Source of the DNA: Candidatus Kerfeldbacteria bacterium
GTDB lineage: Bacteria > Patescibacteriota > Patescibacteriia > SBBC01 > CAIJZX01
Direction of reading: 5' to 3'
NCBI GenBank assembly: GCA_016193315.1
Contig: JACPSJ010000004.1
Span: 1,708-65,707, forward strand
Length of the DNA stretch: 64,000 nucleotides
Made by a program: the position numbers and the translations under genes. A model generated the notes under the pieces. The model was given only the letters and a program-made list of their open reading frames with translations. It did not search any database and had not been told where the DNA came from. Of this stretch, positions 46,279 to 55,124 are shown piece by piece (positions within the stretch are counted from its first letter, which is position 1; each line of letters begins with the position of its first letter).

Positions 46279-47106
46279 TTATTGTTCCGCGACGATCAAG
46301 ACTACTTTTTGACCGTCCCGAACATCGCCGTTGCGGGGGACGGTCCGATCGCCGCTCGGTACCCAATCATGGATCGCGTTCATGACTACCTCTTGATCAT
46401 AGACGTATTCCTCGCCATTGCGAGTGCCCGGGTCGTTGGTAATAAACTGGCCATCGTCGGTGTAACCACGGATAACTAGCATGTGGTAAATCGGCCCCGG
46501 CGATCGGAAGTTGGGGTTACCAAGTTCGCGGCCAGCGGCCGGGACGATGACCGGCTGGCCGCTGGCCACTGCCCGTTTGATGTCATCGACCGTCGGATTG
46601 GTTATGGCTTCCACCCTGAGTTCGTAAAAATCCACCAGCATCTGAGCTGTTTCGGCGGCGGTCGTGTCATAGTAAAAGCCCAGCTGGTCCAATTCCCAGG
46701 CCTTCAGCTGCTGCAGCGCCGCTTCGGCATCGTCTCGATCGCGGATTGGCCGCCGCTGGAAATACCGTCCGACCATCAGCACGGCCGCTTCTTCGCAGAA
46801 CTCGTTGTGGTCAGTGTCCCAGTTGGCGTGGGGGGCTTGCGAGGTGAACGGAATGGCCAGATTCTTCTCCGCGGGGAAATCTGGAACATGCGCCGATTCA
46901 TTCAGGTTCAGTATCTGGCGGCGGTTGGCGGCGGCATTCAGAGCCGGCGCGGCAATCGATTCAGCAATCTGCTCAGCTGGAGGCAGGCGGCTCTTTTGCC
47001 GGTCCAGTAGCCAGTCTTGAACGCGGCTGGTATGCCAAACTCTCCAGCTCCCATAGCCGAGGCCAGCCACGACAACCAGCCAAACAAACAGTTTCTGAAT
47101 GGTCAC
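46279..47106 (-). CDS. C39-like cysteine peptidase paralog without the N-terminal repeats
   Basis: ...EFCEEAAVLMVGRYF...YHMLVIRGY...NDPG...; N-terminal TM. Confidence 0.7.
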   Translation of the reverse strand: MTIQKLFVWLVVVAGLGYGSWRVWHTSRVQDWLLDRQKSRLPPAEQIAESIAAPALNAAANRRQILNLNESAHVPDFPAEKNLAIPFTSQAPHANWDTDHNEFCEEAAVLMVGRYFQRRPIRDRDDAEAALQQLKAWELDQLGFYYDTTAAETAQMLVDFYELRVEAITNPTVDDIKRAVASGQPVIVPAAGRELGNPNFRSPGPIYHMLVIRGYTDDGQFITNDPGTRNGEEYVYDQEVVMNAIHDWVPSGDRTVPRNGDVRDGQKVVLIVAEQ

Positions 47107-47115
47107 CGGAACGAC

Positions 47116-48627
47116 CTACACCTTGAATCTTGAATCCGCCACCCGCCTGGCCAACTCGACCAGCCAGCGCACCCCGGTACCGGTGGCACCCTTGGTGAGA
47201 TAATCACCTTCGATCGAGGTCATGGTGGGAGCAATATCGAGGTGGACCCACGGCGTGTGCGGATCGACAAACTGCTGGAGGAACTTGGCCCCATTGATCG
47301 CTCCGCCGTAGCGGGTCTTACTGGCATTGGCCACGTCGCCGAAGGTACCTTTGACCTCACTATCGTACTCTTCCCACATGGGCAGTGGCCAGACGTAGTC
47401 ACCGCTGGTCTCGCCGATCGCCCGCCCCTCGGCTTCGAAATCTCCGCGGTTGGTAAACATAACGATCGCTCGCTGGCCAAGCGCGACCACGGCGGCGCCG
47501 GTCAATGTCGCGACATCAACGATCATCCGGGGCTTGAAGAACTTTTGGGCGTAGGTAATGGCGTCGGCTAAGATAACTCGCCCTTCAGCGTCGGTATTGG
47601 CGATTTCGATTACTTTTCCGGACAGCGAGTGCAGCAAGTCCCCGGGACGATAACCTGATCCGGAAGGCATATTCTCAACGGCCGGCACGAGCGCCACCGC
47701 GTTGAGCGGCAGCTTGAGCTTGGCCATGGCGGTCATGGCGCCGATAGCCGCCGCTCCGCCGGACATGTCCAGATGCATGTCCGACATCGCCGGCTCGGGT
47801 TTTAAGTTCAACCCGCCAGAATCGAACGTCACGCCTTTGCCGATGATGGCCAGGGGCGGCTGGATCTTGCGACCACCGTGGTACTCGAGGATAATAAACT
47901 TCGGTTCTTCGCTGCTGCCGCGGGCCACACCCAGAATCGCACCCATGCCAAGCCTTTTCATCTGTGGCTGACTTAAGATCTTGACCGTCAGTCGGGCCTC
48001 TTTCGCCACCCGCCGAGCTTCGGCCGCCAGCATCGTTGGCGTCATCTTGCCACCGGGGGTATTGGCCAGATCGCGGCTGGCGTTGATCGATTGGCCGATC
48101 ATGAAGCCACGCCGAATCGCTGCCTCCCAGCCAGGTTTCGTTTCCCGTGCTAGGAACGTCAATCGATCGACGCTTGGCCAGCCGCCAGGCGGGGCGGTTC
48201 GCCAGCGGTGGAATTCATAATCGGCCATGGCGTAGCTGATTGTTCGTTGCTCGATGGTGGTCTCGTCCACCTCGACGCCGCGCCGGTGGATGATCGGCAT
48301 AATCATCGACCGCCAGCGGTGTTGCCGGGCGAGGCTGACCATGTGACGGGCTAGCAATCGGCCGCGGCGACCGGTCCATTCCGGCCACTTGCCCAAGCCA
48401 AGGAGTAGCGCTCCTTTTACTCGGCCGGTCGGGCTACGGAGAACATAGCTGTTACCCCAGTCCATCCGCAGATCCGGCTGGCCGAGCCGGGTCCGGATCA
48501 GATGTCGGATCGGAGTGGGGAAAGTCGACCACCAGGGGTGATCGTTCGGTTTCATGTCGGCGAAGTAGCCAAGAACCAGGACGTCAGCCGACGGCAAAAC
48601 TCCTGTTCTCTTGATCGACACCTTCAT
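47116..48627 (-). CDS. pepA: leucyl aminopeptidase (M17)
   Basis: NTDAEGRVILADAITYA and other M17 metal-site motifs. Confidence 0.85.
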   Translation of the reverse strand: MKVSIKRTGVLPSADVLVLGYFADMKPNDHPWWSTFPTPIRHLIRTRLGQPDLRMDWGNSYVLRSPTGRVKGALLLGLGKWPEWTGRRGRLLARHMVSLARQHRWRSMIMPIIHRRGVEVDETTIEQRTISYAMADYEFHRWRTAPPGGWPSVDRLTFLARETKPGWEAAIRRGFMIGQSINASRDLANTPGGKMTPTMLAAEARRVAKEARLTVKILSQPQMKRLGMGAILGVARGSSEEPKFIILEYHGGRKIQPPLAIIGKGVTFDSGGLNLKPEPAMSDMHLDMSGGAAAIGAMTAMAKLKLPLNAVALVPAVENMPSGSGYRPGDLLHSLSGKVIEIANTDAEGRVILADAITYAQKFFKPRMIVDVATLTGAAVVALGQRAIVMFTNRGDFEAEGRAIGETSGDYVWPLPMWEEYDSEVKGTFGDVANASKTRYGGAINGAKFLQQFVDPHTPWVHLDIAPTMTSIEGDYLTKGATGTGVRWLVELARRVADSRFKV

Positions 48628-48647
48628 GGCTCTAGTATACGGCCAAT

Positions 48648-49418
48648 TCAGCCACCGGGGAAGACCTGCCCGACCCCAATGATGGTCAGGATGCCGAGGA
48701 CGAGCAGACCAAGCTGGACGACCGTCTTGGCTAGGCTCTTCTCGCGGTGAATCTCTGGTACCAAGTCAGCCGCGGCAATATAAATGAACGCTCCAGCCGC
48801 CAAGGCCACCAGCGGCAACACCAGGCCATCGATCAGTCCGGCGGCGAGGAGAGTGACCATCGTCCCAACTGGGCTGACGAGAGCCCCGAAGAGATTCCAG
48901 CCAGCCACGGCCCGGCGACGCATGCCGCCGTGAATGAGGATGCCGAAATCGCCGATTTCCTGTGGCAGCTCGTGAGCCAAGACAGCGGTCGCGGTCGAAA
49001 CTCCGAGCGCTGGACTGACGAGGAAAGCGGCGGCAATAATCGTGCCATCCAGAAAGTTGTGGACCGCGTCACCGACAATGATCAGCGGCCCGAGGGCCTG
49101 GTGTTCGTGAACGTCGTCATGACGCTCGTGGCCGTGGCCATGGTGGTGCCAAAGCAGAAACTTCTCGATCAAGAAGAATAACAAAAAACCAACCAGCAGC
49201 CAGGTGAAGACGGCGCCCAATCGACCGGCACTTTCACTCACCGCCTCAGCCAGCAAATCAAAAAAAGCCGCCCCGAGCATGGCCCCGGCGGCAAAACTGA
49301 CCAGGTAGGAAGACAGCCGCTGCACGCCGCGGTATTGGGCCAGGAGCAGAAAGCCGCCGGCCAGGCCGAGCAGGCTCGACAAGGTGCTGGCGATCAGGGC
49401 TTGGATAGCTGGGCTCAT
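48648..49418 (-). CDS. ZIP-family divalent metal transporter (ZupT-like)
   Basis: ...AVLAHELPQEIGDFGILIHGG... signature; 8 TM helices. Confidence 0.8.
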   Translation of the reverse strand: MSPAIQALIASTLSSLLGLAGGFLLLAQYRGVQRLSSYLVSFAAGAMLGAAFFDLLAEAVSESAGRLGAVFTWLLVGFLLFFLIEKFLLWHHHGHGHERHDDVHEHQALGPLIIVGDAVHNFLDGTIIAAAFLVSPALGVSTATAVLAHELPQEIGDFGILIHGGMRRRAVAGWNLFGALVSPVGTMVTLLAAGLIDGLVLPLVALAAGAFIYIAAADLVPEIHREKSLAKTVVQLGLLVLGILTIIGVGQVFPGG

Positions 49419-49421
49419 GGT

Positions 49422-49961
49422 TTAGGTCACGAATCGTTTCTCCCCGGCTTCAATCCGGACGGTCAAAACATTGTCACGCGGTGGGATGGGACACGAGTAG
49501 TGTTGATTATAGGCACAGTAGGGATTGTAGGCCAAGTTAAAATCGACTTCGAGTAAGCCATCAGCGCCGGTGGCCGGCTCCAAGTAGCGCCCGGCCGGAT
49601 AGGTCTCGTCCTCGCCGGTGGCATCGCGGAAAGGCAAAAAATATCCGTGTTCATCTTTGAAGACTGACGGTTTAGCCGGTTGGTCTTGAACCGCAAAAAG
49701 AATTTTGCCGGCCCGAACGTATCGCCGTTGGCCGCTCCTCGAGTCTGAGCCTCGGAGTCGAAGACCGGTGCTTAACATCATGATCGGATCAGGCGGAACA
49801 TTTTCGTCGAGCGGCAATCGAAGCCGGAGAGCCGGGTCTTCCGGATAGTGATGCAAACCGGAAAATGAAGTTTGCTGCTCCGGAGTTAACGGCGAATCCG
49901 GGCCCCGAAAAAAATCGTCTTTCTCGTTCCGGAATGTTTGCAGGTCAGCGCCCACGCTCAA
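49422..49961 (-). CDS. DUF1684-family protein
   Basis: ...YNPYCAYNQHYSCPIPPRDNVLTVRIEAGEK... Confidence 0.55.
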   Translation of the reverse strand: MSVGADLQTFRNEKDDFFRGPDSPLTPEQQTSFSGLHHYPEDPALRLRLPLDENVPPDPIMMLSTGLRLRGSDSRSGQRRYVRAGKILFAVQDQPAKPSVFKDEHGYFLPFRDATGEDETYPAGRYLEPATGADGLLEVDFNLAYNPYCAYNQHYSCPIPPRDNVLTVRIEAGEKRFVT

Positions 49962-51337
49962 GCGGGAACAATTACAATCGAGTTCGGCAACCCTCGGCCG
50001 GGACCCAGGATATAACGACCATTCAAGTAGAGAGCGGTCGAACCACCGCCGTCGAGATTGAGAGCGTAGTCGAGACCGAGGCCGTCCATGGCCGCCGCCG
50101 AATCGGTGACTGTTGCCCCACGGACGATGAGCAAGAAGATGGTGTCTCCTTTCCAGCCGATGGCGCCGCGGTATGATTTGACCGTCGCCTGTTTACTATC
50201 AAGCTGGTACTGCCCGACCACATTCTGACCAGCAATGACCAGCGGTGGGCCGTTACTCAGCGCCGCCCGCAGGATCCCGCTGCCGCCCTTGGCTAACGAG
50301 TCGGCCCGGAACCCATCAAGAAACTTCTGGTAGCTGCCGAAAGTCTTTGACTGGCGGTAAAAAAATGGCCGATTGCTGGTGTCAAAGGCAAGCAGCGGCT
50401 CGACCGTATACTTGATCCGGCCGGCGTTGATCATGGTGCGGGTAAAAGAGTTGTAGACCGGCGCAAAATAGTGACCGGTTTGCCCGACGCAACTGGCATA
50501 TTCGGCCGGGCAGAAGTAGGTGCCGTGGATGCCAGCGATGCCGGCCCGCCGGCCGACATAGGTCGACAACGAGTAGACCGGACAGTTGTTCGCGCAATCC
50601 CCGTTGGTGGCAGTATCAGTCATCAGTTTGACCGCCGGGTTCTTGCGGTCGAACGTCAAGTAGTCAACCAGAAACGTGCCGCGGCTGGTGGCGACGTTCT
50701 TCTGGCCGAGGGCGACGCCGCTATCGACCGGAATCTGGCTTAGGTTGGCGTTAGTGATGCCCAATCCCAACCGCCGCATTAAGGTAAAAGCGTCCGCCGG
50801 GCGTCCGAGGAAGTAGCGCTGCTGGGTCTTGGGATAGACGTACCACGCTTCGCCGTTCCGTTCGACTTGGATTAGGATCCGGCCGGCCAGACGTCGACGA
50901 AGCGCCAGGTCGCCTTCTGACGCGCTGCCGGCCACCGGGATTTTGGCCAGGTTGGCGTCGGAAATTCCCAGTCCCAGTCGACGCATGATATCAAAAGCAT
51001 CCGCGGGACGACTGAGGAAAAACCGGGTCAGCGTCACCGGATGGACGTACCACGCCTCGCCGTTCCGTTCGACCTGGATCAGAATGTAACCTGATACGCG
51101 TTCGGCCACCGTCGCCAAGGACCCGGTGTTTGGCCAGAGCAGAGCCAACCAGATGATAGCCGCGATGGTAACAGAAATCTTACGCATCGATATTGCCATT
51201 ATACCATAGGCCGCCGAGACGGCTGCACGTGCGACCGCTCTCAAAAAATACTGATAATGACCAGGATGCCGAAGGCATTGGCCAAAAACGACAGGCCGAG
51301 AAAACGCGCGGGCGTGACATCCGAGAAGCCAAACCAT
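49958..51337 (-). CDS. secreted phosphodiester-glycosidase (NAGPA-like) domain protein with the same N-terminal ~46-aa tandem repeat (x2)
   Basis: Repeats as in 45156..46220. C-terminus ...DYALNLDGGGSTALY..., typical of the phosphodiester glycosidase family. Confidence 0.7.
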   Translation of the reverse strand: MVWLLGCHARAFSRPVVFGQCLRHPGHYQYFLRAVARAAVSAAYGIMAISMRKISVTIAAIIWLALLWPNTGSLATVAERVSGYILIQVERNGEAWYVHPVTLTRFFLSRPADAFDIMRRLGLGISDANLAKIPVAGSASEGDLALRRRLAGRILIQVERNGEAWYVYPKTQQRYFLGRPADAFTLMRRLGLGITNANLSQIPVDSGVALGQKNVATSRGTFLVDYLTFDRKNPAVKLMTDTATNGDCANNCPVYSLSTYVGRRAGIAGIHGTYFCPAEYASCVGQTGHYFAPVYNSFTRTMINAGRIKYTVEPLLAFDTSNRPFFYRQSKTFGSYQKFLDGFRADSLAKGGSGILRAALSNGPPLVIAGQNVVGQYQLDSKQATVKSYRGAIGWKGDTIFLLIVRGATVTDSAAAMDGLGLDYALNLDGGGSTALYLNGRYILGPGRGLPNSIVIVPA

Positions 51338-51753
51338 CCAGCTGCCAGTTCATCGGGTAACGGCGAGGCCACAATCAGAATCCCCAGCCCATAGCGCATC
51401 CAGCGCGGCAGGTGCTCTCGATGTGGCATCCGTTCAACCAGGGCCTGGATGAAGTGCCAATGGATGCTCTGGCGGAAAACGGTAAAGGCCAGCAGGTCAT
51501 ACAAAGCGGCCCCCATCCCACCGATCAATGTCACTGCCAAAGGATTGAGTGATTCTGGTAATTGAGCAAAAATCACGGACGCGAGCGGCGAGGTCAGACT
51601 TAATCCATACAAAATGCCGCTAACAAATGCAGCTACGTACCCGGATCGTTCGACGTCGGTCACCAGCTCCCGGAGCGGGGGTACGCTGATAATCAAAGCT
51701 GCCCCGACGACGCCGATCGCGAAACCGAGCCAGCCGACGTTATGACGACTCAT
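51241..51753 (-). CDS. small polytopic membrane protein (SPLPDEL-motif family), translationally coupled to the upstream FRD-Rieske gene
   Basis: ATG at 51753 overlaps the upstream TGA (ATGA). Paralog of 59285..59815, sharing ...TSPL..V.F..LP.S.NP......GG.G.A.YDL...I.ASPLPDEL..G.S... Confidence 0.55.
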   Translation of the reverse strand: MSRHNVGWLGFAIGVVGAALIISVPPLRELVTDVERSGYVAAFVSGILYGLSLTSPLASVIFAQLPESLNPLAVTLIGGMGAALYDLLAFTVFRQSIHWHFIQALVERMPHREHLPRWMRYGLGILIVASPLPDELAAGWFGFSDVTPARFLGLSFLANAFGILVIISIF

Positions 51754-52796
51754 GTTTTGACTTCGACGCTCTGGCCTTGGACGCGGACTTGATAGACTGG
51801 TTGCGGATCGAGCGCGGGGCCGCGCAGCACGGCTCCAGTCTGGACGTTGAATCGTGATCCGTGCAGCGGGCACTCAACGACGCTGCCTTCTACAAATCCT
51901 TCACATAGGGGGCCTGCGGCGTGGTTACAACGGTTATCGAGCGCAAAGACTTCGTTCCCGAGCCGAAACAGAGCTAGCTGTTTGCCGTTGACCGTCGCGC
52001 AAAACGGTTTCCCGTCGGCCAGTTGATCAAGTGCGGCCACGCGAACAAAGCCCGCTTCACTACTTGCGGCGCTGGTTTGGTGGATCGGCACAGGCGGCTC
52101 AGTCACGGGTTGAGGAATCGACGGTTCAACCACGCGCTCAGCTCGTTGGCGGGCTCCGGTCAGACGCAGGAAGGTCGCGACGATCGCCGATACTCCGAAC
52201 ACCAACCACAACCACCGCAAATTCGTGCCTTGAACATCGCTGCCGATGTTCCATGAGTGCAGCCAAACGAGAGCAAAAACTAGGTAATTGAGAACGTGGA
52301 CCCTCCGCCACCACCGCTTGACGGACACCAATTTTCGCAGCAGCGCCGCGCCGACCGTCATGTACAACAACGCCAGAGCCGTATACCCCAGCCAGATGTA
52401 CTTGACGTTTTCCGGGGCCACGAAATCCCGTCGTAAATAACTTTGGATGCCCACGCCTACAAATAACAGCGCGGGGTGAGTGGTGGCGAATAGCAAAACG
52501 AAGATGCCTTGCCAGCGATGGTAGCGCTCAATACCGGTGTAAATTCGCCGCAGGTGGGGCATCAGCGAACCGATCATCAACTGCATCCAGAGCAAGGTAA
52601 AGGCGTACAGGCCGAACAATGGAAACATCAATTTCGACCAGGTCTTCGCGTCGGCTCCGGATAAGAATGACGCCCCGCCGCGGAGGCTAAAAAACATCTG
52701 GCCTGGCAGCCATAGCAAGAAAATGGCTGCCAATGGCAAGAGCCAACTGCCAAGTGTGATCATGACTGACCGCTGGTTTGATTGTTTTTCAGTCAT
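51750..52796 (-). CDS. ferric-reductase-like (YedZ/MsrQ-type, heme-binding 6-TM) domain fused to a C-terminal Rieske [2Fe-2S] domain
   Basis: TM region with conserved His pairs; C-terminus ...CNHAAGPLCEG...CPLHGSRF... is the Rieske CxH...CxxH motif. Confidence 0.75.
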   Translation of the reverse strand: MTEKQSNQRSVMITLGSWLLPLAAIFLLWLPGQMFFSLRGGASFLSGADAKTWSKLMFPLFGLYAFTLLWMQLMIGSLMPHLRRIYTGIERYHRWQGIFVLLFATTHPALLFVGVGIQSYLRRDFVAPENVKYIWLGYTALALLYMTVGAALLRKLVSVKRWWRRVHVLNYLVFALVWLHSWNIGSDVQGTNLRWLWLVFGVSAIVATFLRLTGARQRAERVVEPSIPQPVTEPPVPIHQTSAASSEAGFVRVAALDQLADGKPFCATVNGKQLALFRLGNEVFALDNRCNHAAGPLCEGFVEGSVVECPLHGSRFNVQTGAVLRGPALDPQPVYQVRVQGQSVEVKT

Positions 52797-52885
52797 CTAT
52801 AATGATAGCCTATGGGAAACCACGGAGGACCGCAACTAGGGCTTGCTCTATACAAATCGAGAATCAAAAAAGAGTGATCCGCAGA

Positions 52886-53458
52886 TCACCCGTTGGTATC
52901 ACCACCCAATCGCGGCTCGCCCTCGGTCAGTTCGTCGGGTGCCGGCTGGCCGGTTATGAAAGACGCGAGTTGGGCGCCCCAGTGCACCCCGACGACCCCG
53001 GCGACATTGCCGACCAGATGGAGTCGATACGAGCTTTGCTCACCGTACAGTCTGAAGAACGGCTCGAGGTCTGACGGCCGGAAGGAGGCTTCGGCCAAGG
53101 TGACGAACTCGATCGTCTCGTCCCTGATGCGGTTGGCCAAATGCCGGCCAATCATTGCCGGCACCATGGTGGCCAGGAGATCGATTGCTACCGGCTTCAG
53201 CTGAAACAAAACCACGACGTCCGTCTCGTCCCCGGTCAGGTCAATGTATACCTCTGGAAAATGGCGGCGCTGCTCCATCTCCCCAGCCACCGCCAGCATC
53301 GTCGGCAGGACATCGCTGGCATAGGTCAAGTCGATCGCTGGATATGGCGCCCGAGTCCGCCGGTTGATGCCGACGCCAACTTGGATGTGGTCAACGACGG
53401 CGTTGCAGATTACCCGAACCCCATGGCCGGGCTGCCCGTGCTTGAAAAGGACATGCAA
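52886..53458 (-). CDS. hypothetical protein
   Basis: Listed ORF; no recognisable motif. Confidence 0.4.
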   Translation of the reverse strand: MHVLFKHGQPGHGVRVICNAVVDHIQVGVGINRRTRAPYPAIDLTYASDVLPTMLAVAGEMEQRRHFPEVYIDLTGDETDVVVLFQLKPVAIDLLATMVPAMIGRHLANRIRDETIEFVTLAEASFRPSDLEPFFRLYGEQSSYRLHLVGNVAGVVGVHWGAQLASFITGQPAPDELTEGEPRLGGDTNG

Positions 53459-53541
53459 GATTTCACCTCCTTGCCGAAGGTCCGGTTCTGAAGATGCACA
53501 CTCGCTTGAGGTACAGCGCTCCAGCCTAACCCTCAGCCACG

Positions 53542-54375
53542 GTGAATGTCAAGCCTGAAGTGCATCGCAGTCGCCATTGGTCAACTTCCACCAGACAGAG
53601 CCAAGCGGCATGTTATAGTGGATTAATGAGAGTCAAAACAACGACCGCCCTAGTTGGCCTAGTGGCCGTCGTTACCGCGACCGTCGTCATCTGGCAATAC
53701 GCCAGGCCGCGAATAGCCAATCAGAACCGTCCTTTATTGAATACCAACCGTGTCGTCAATTCATCAACCCCTGCTGCCACCAACCACAACGCCCCACCCA
53801 CCAATTCGGCTCGATCAAATGCAAACCGCAACATGAATACAGTGCAGGAAGCTGAGAAACCAACAATCGTTGTTCCGATCCGCGGTTTCTTCAACCGCAT
53901 TACCAAGAAACCATTCGGGGTCTACATCACGCCGAAAAATTCGCCGGTCCAGCCGGAGCGGTTCACTGGTTATCACACCGGCGCTGATGCTGAAACGACA
54001 CCTGACGAACAAAGCGTCGATCTACCAATCTACTCCGTGGCCTCCGGCACCGTTGTTTTCGCCGGCCCCGTCAACGGCTATGGCGGCGTGGTCATGATTC
54101 GGCATGAGGTTGAAGGTCAAACCTTGACTGCGCTTTACGGTCATGTCCGGATTTCATCGATCAGCGTGGCGGTCAATCAAGCAGTCAAAGCCGGCCAGCA
54201 GATCGCCGTTCTTGGGACCGGATTCGGTTCGGAAACCGACGGCGAACGCAAACATCTGCACTTCGGGCTGATCAAGGACGCGACCATCAACTTCCGCGGC
54301 TATGTCAGCCAGCAAAGTCAGTTGTCGGTCTGGTGGGATCCGGCAGCGTGGTTGAAGGATCAGGGAGCGAAATAG
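53542..54375 (+). CDS. M23/LytM-family peptidoglycan endopeptidase
   Basis: ...GYHTGAD...ALYGHV...RKHLHFGLIKD... M23 metal ligands; N-terminal TM. Possible later start at MRVKTT (about 53626). Confidence 0.8.
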   Translation: MNVKPEVHRSRHWSTSTRQSQAACYSGLMRVKTTTALVGLVAVVTATVVIWQYARPRIANQNRPLLNTNRVVNSSTPAATNHNAPPTNSARSNANRNMNTVQEAEKPTIVVPIRGFFNRITKKPFGVYITPKNSPVQPERFTGYHTGADAETTPDEQSVDLPIYSVASGTVVFAGPVNGYGGVVMIRHEVEGQTLTALYGHVRISSISVAVNQAVKAGQQIAVLGTGFGSETDGERKHLHFGLIKDATINFRGYVSQQSQLSVWWDPAAWLKDQGAK

Positions 54376-54484
54376 CGTGGCCCGCGCGCCCTTGTGGTGC
54401 CGGGGACGGCCCGCCTGCCTTCGCCTGGGGCGACATGCCAGTAATGACTTCGTCATTGCGAAGTCAGGCGGGAGCCCTAGCGGG

Positions 54485-54512
54485 CAGGCCGGAGTTCATC
54501 CCGCCGAACCCG
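54485..54512 (+). repeat. GC-rich hairpin repeat, copy E6 (partial)
   Basis: caggccggagttcatcccgccgaacccg. Confidence 0.4.
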
Positions 54513-54529
54513 TCCTGAGCCGGCTAGGT

Positions 54530-54598
54530 ATTAGAACCCATCCTAAAAATCCATTCCGGCGCGGCGGCTCGAAAGCGATTTTTAGGATGGGTTCTAGT
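54530..54598. repeat. perfect 20-bp (extended ~22-bp) inverted repeat hairpin (tagaacccatcctaaaaatc ... gatttttaggatgggttcta) with a 25-nt GC loop
   Basis: Arms at 54532-54551 and 54577-54596 are exact reverse complements. Confidence 0.7.
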
Positions 54599-54661
54599 GA
54601 TGTATGGCCAGGCTGGCGCAATGAGCTTTTCTCCGTGTGACACAAGAGCGCGATTGTATTA

Positions 54662-54925
54662 TTGGTCGCATGGTGGGAGTACTTCGTGAAGAATCTAACT
54701 GAACAGTCATTTCGCATTCTGCTTAAAGTCAGAGCGTCGCACGACGCGATACCAAATAAAGTCATGGTCCTAGCCCCAAAGACGCTTCGTGATGATCCAG
54801 ACCGATCAAAGATTTGGGATCTTGCGAGCGATGGGTTGAGAAAAGTACTAAAAGTTCACAAGAAGGATGTGTTGTTAAAACACGTCGATGCCTTGGTTGA
54901 ACGTAGGAATCGGAAAAAGATTTAA
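54662..54925 (+). CDS. hypothetical small protein in a low-GC patch
   Basis: Listed ORF; Lys-rich, AT-rich codons. Followed by a tRNA-3'-end-like fragment (...gttcgaatcctactcccaggcca) near 54945-54971. Confidence 0.3.
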   Translation: MVAWWEYFVKNLTEQSFRILLKVRASHDAIPNKVMVLAPKTLRDDPDRSKIWDLASDGLRKVLKVHKKDVLLKHVDALVERRNRKKI

Positions 54926-55124
54926 ATAGGTACCCAAAAACAAGTAGCACGGCCCTAGTTCGAATCCTACTCCCAGGCCACTTGCACTGACAAGATTCGC
55001 GAATAAATCGGGTGTCTTGTCTTTCTTGGCTTAGGACTGGCTTTTCTGCTGACCTTGAGGCAGCTCGAAGTGGGGTCCCCGTAACTGTGGGACCCACCCC
55101 CCACCAGAACAGACTCGTGTCCAG

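Noticed and set aside
54377-54640. Listed ORF 54377..54640 (87 aa)
   Set aside because: Coincides with stacked GC hairpins and an E-repeat fragment, has Arg/Gly/Pro junk composition, and has no start context.
55072-55095. ggggtccc…gggaccc hairpin downstream of UPF0182 as a terminator
   Set aside because: Only 7 bp with no U-tract on either strand. Too weak to call.
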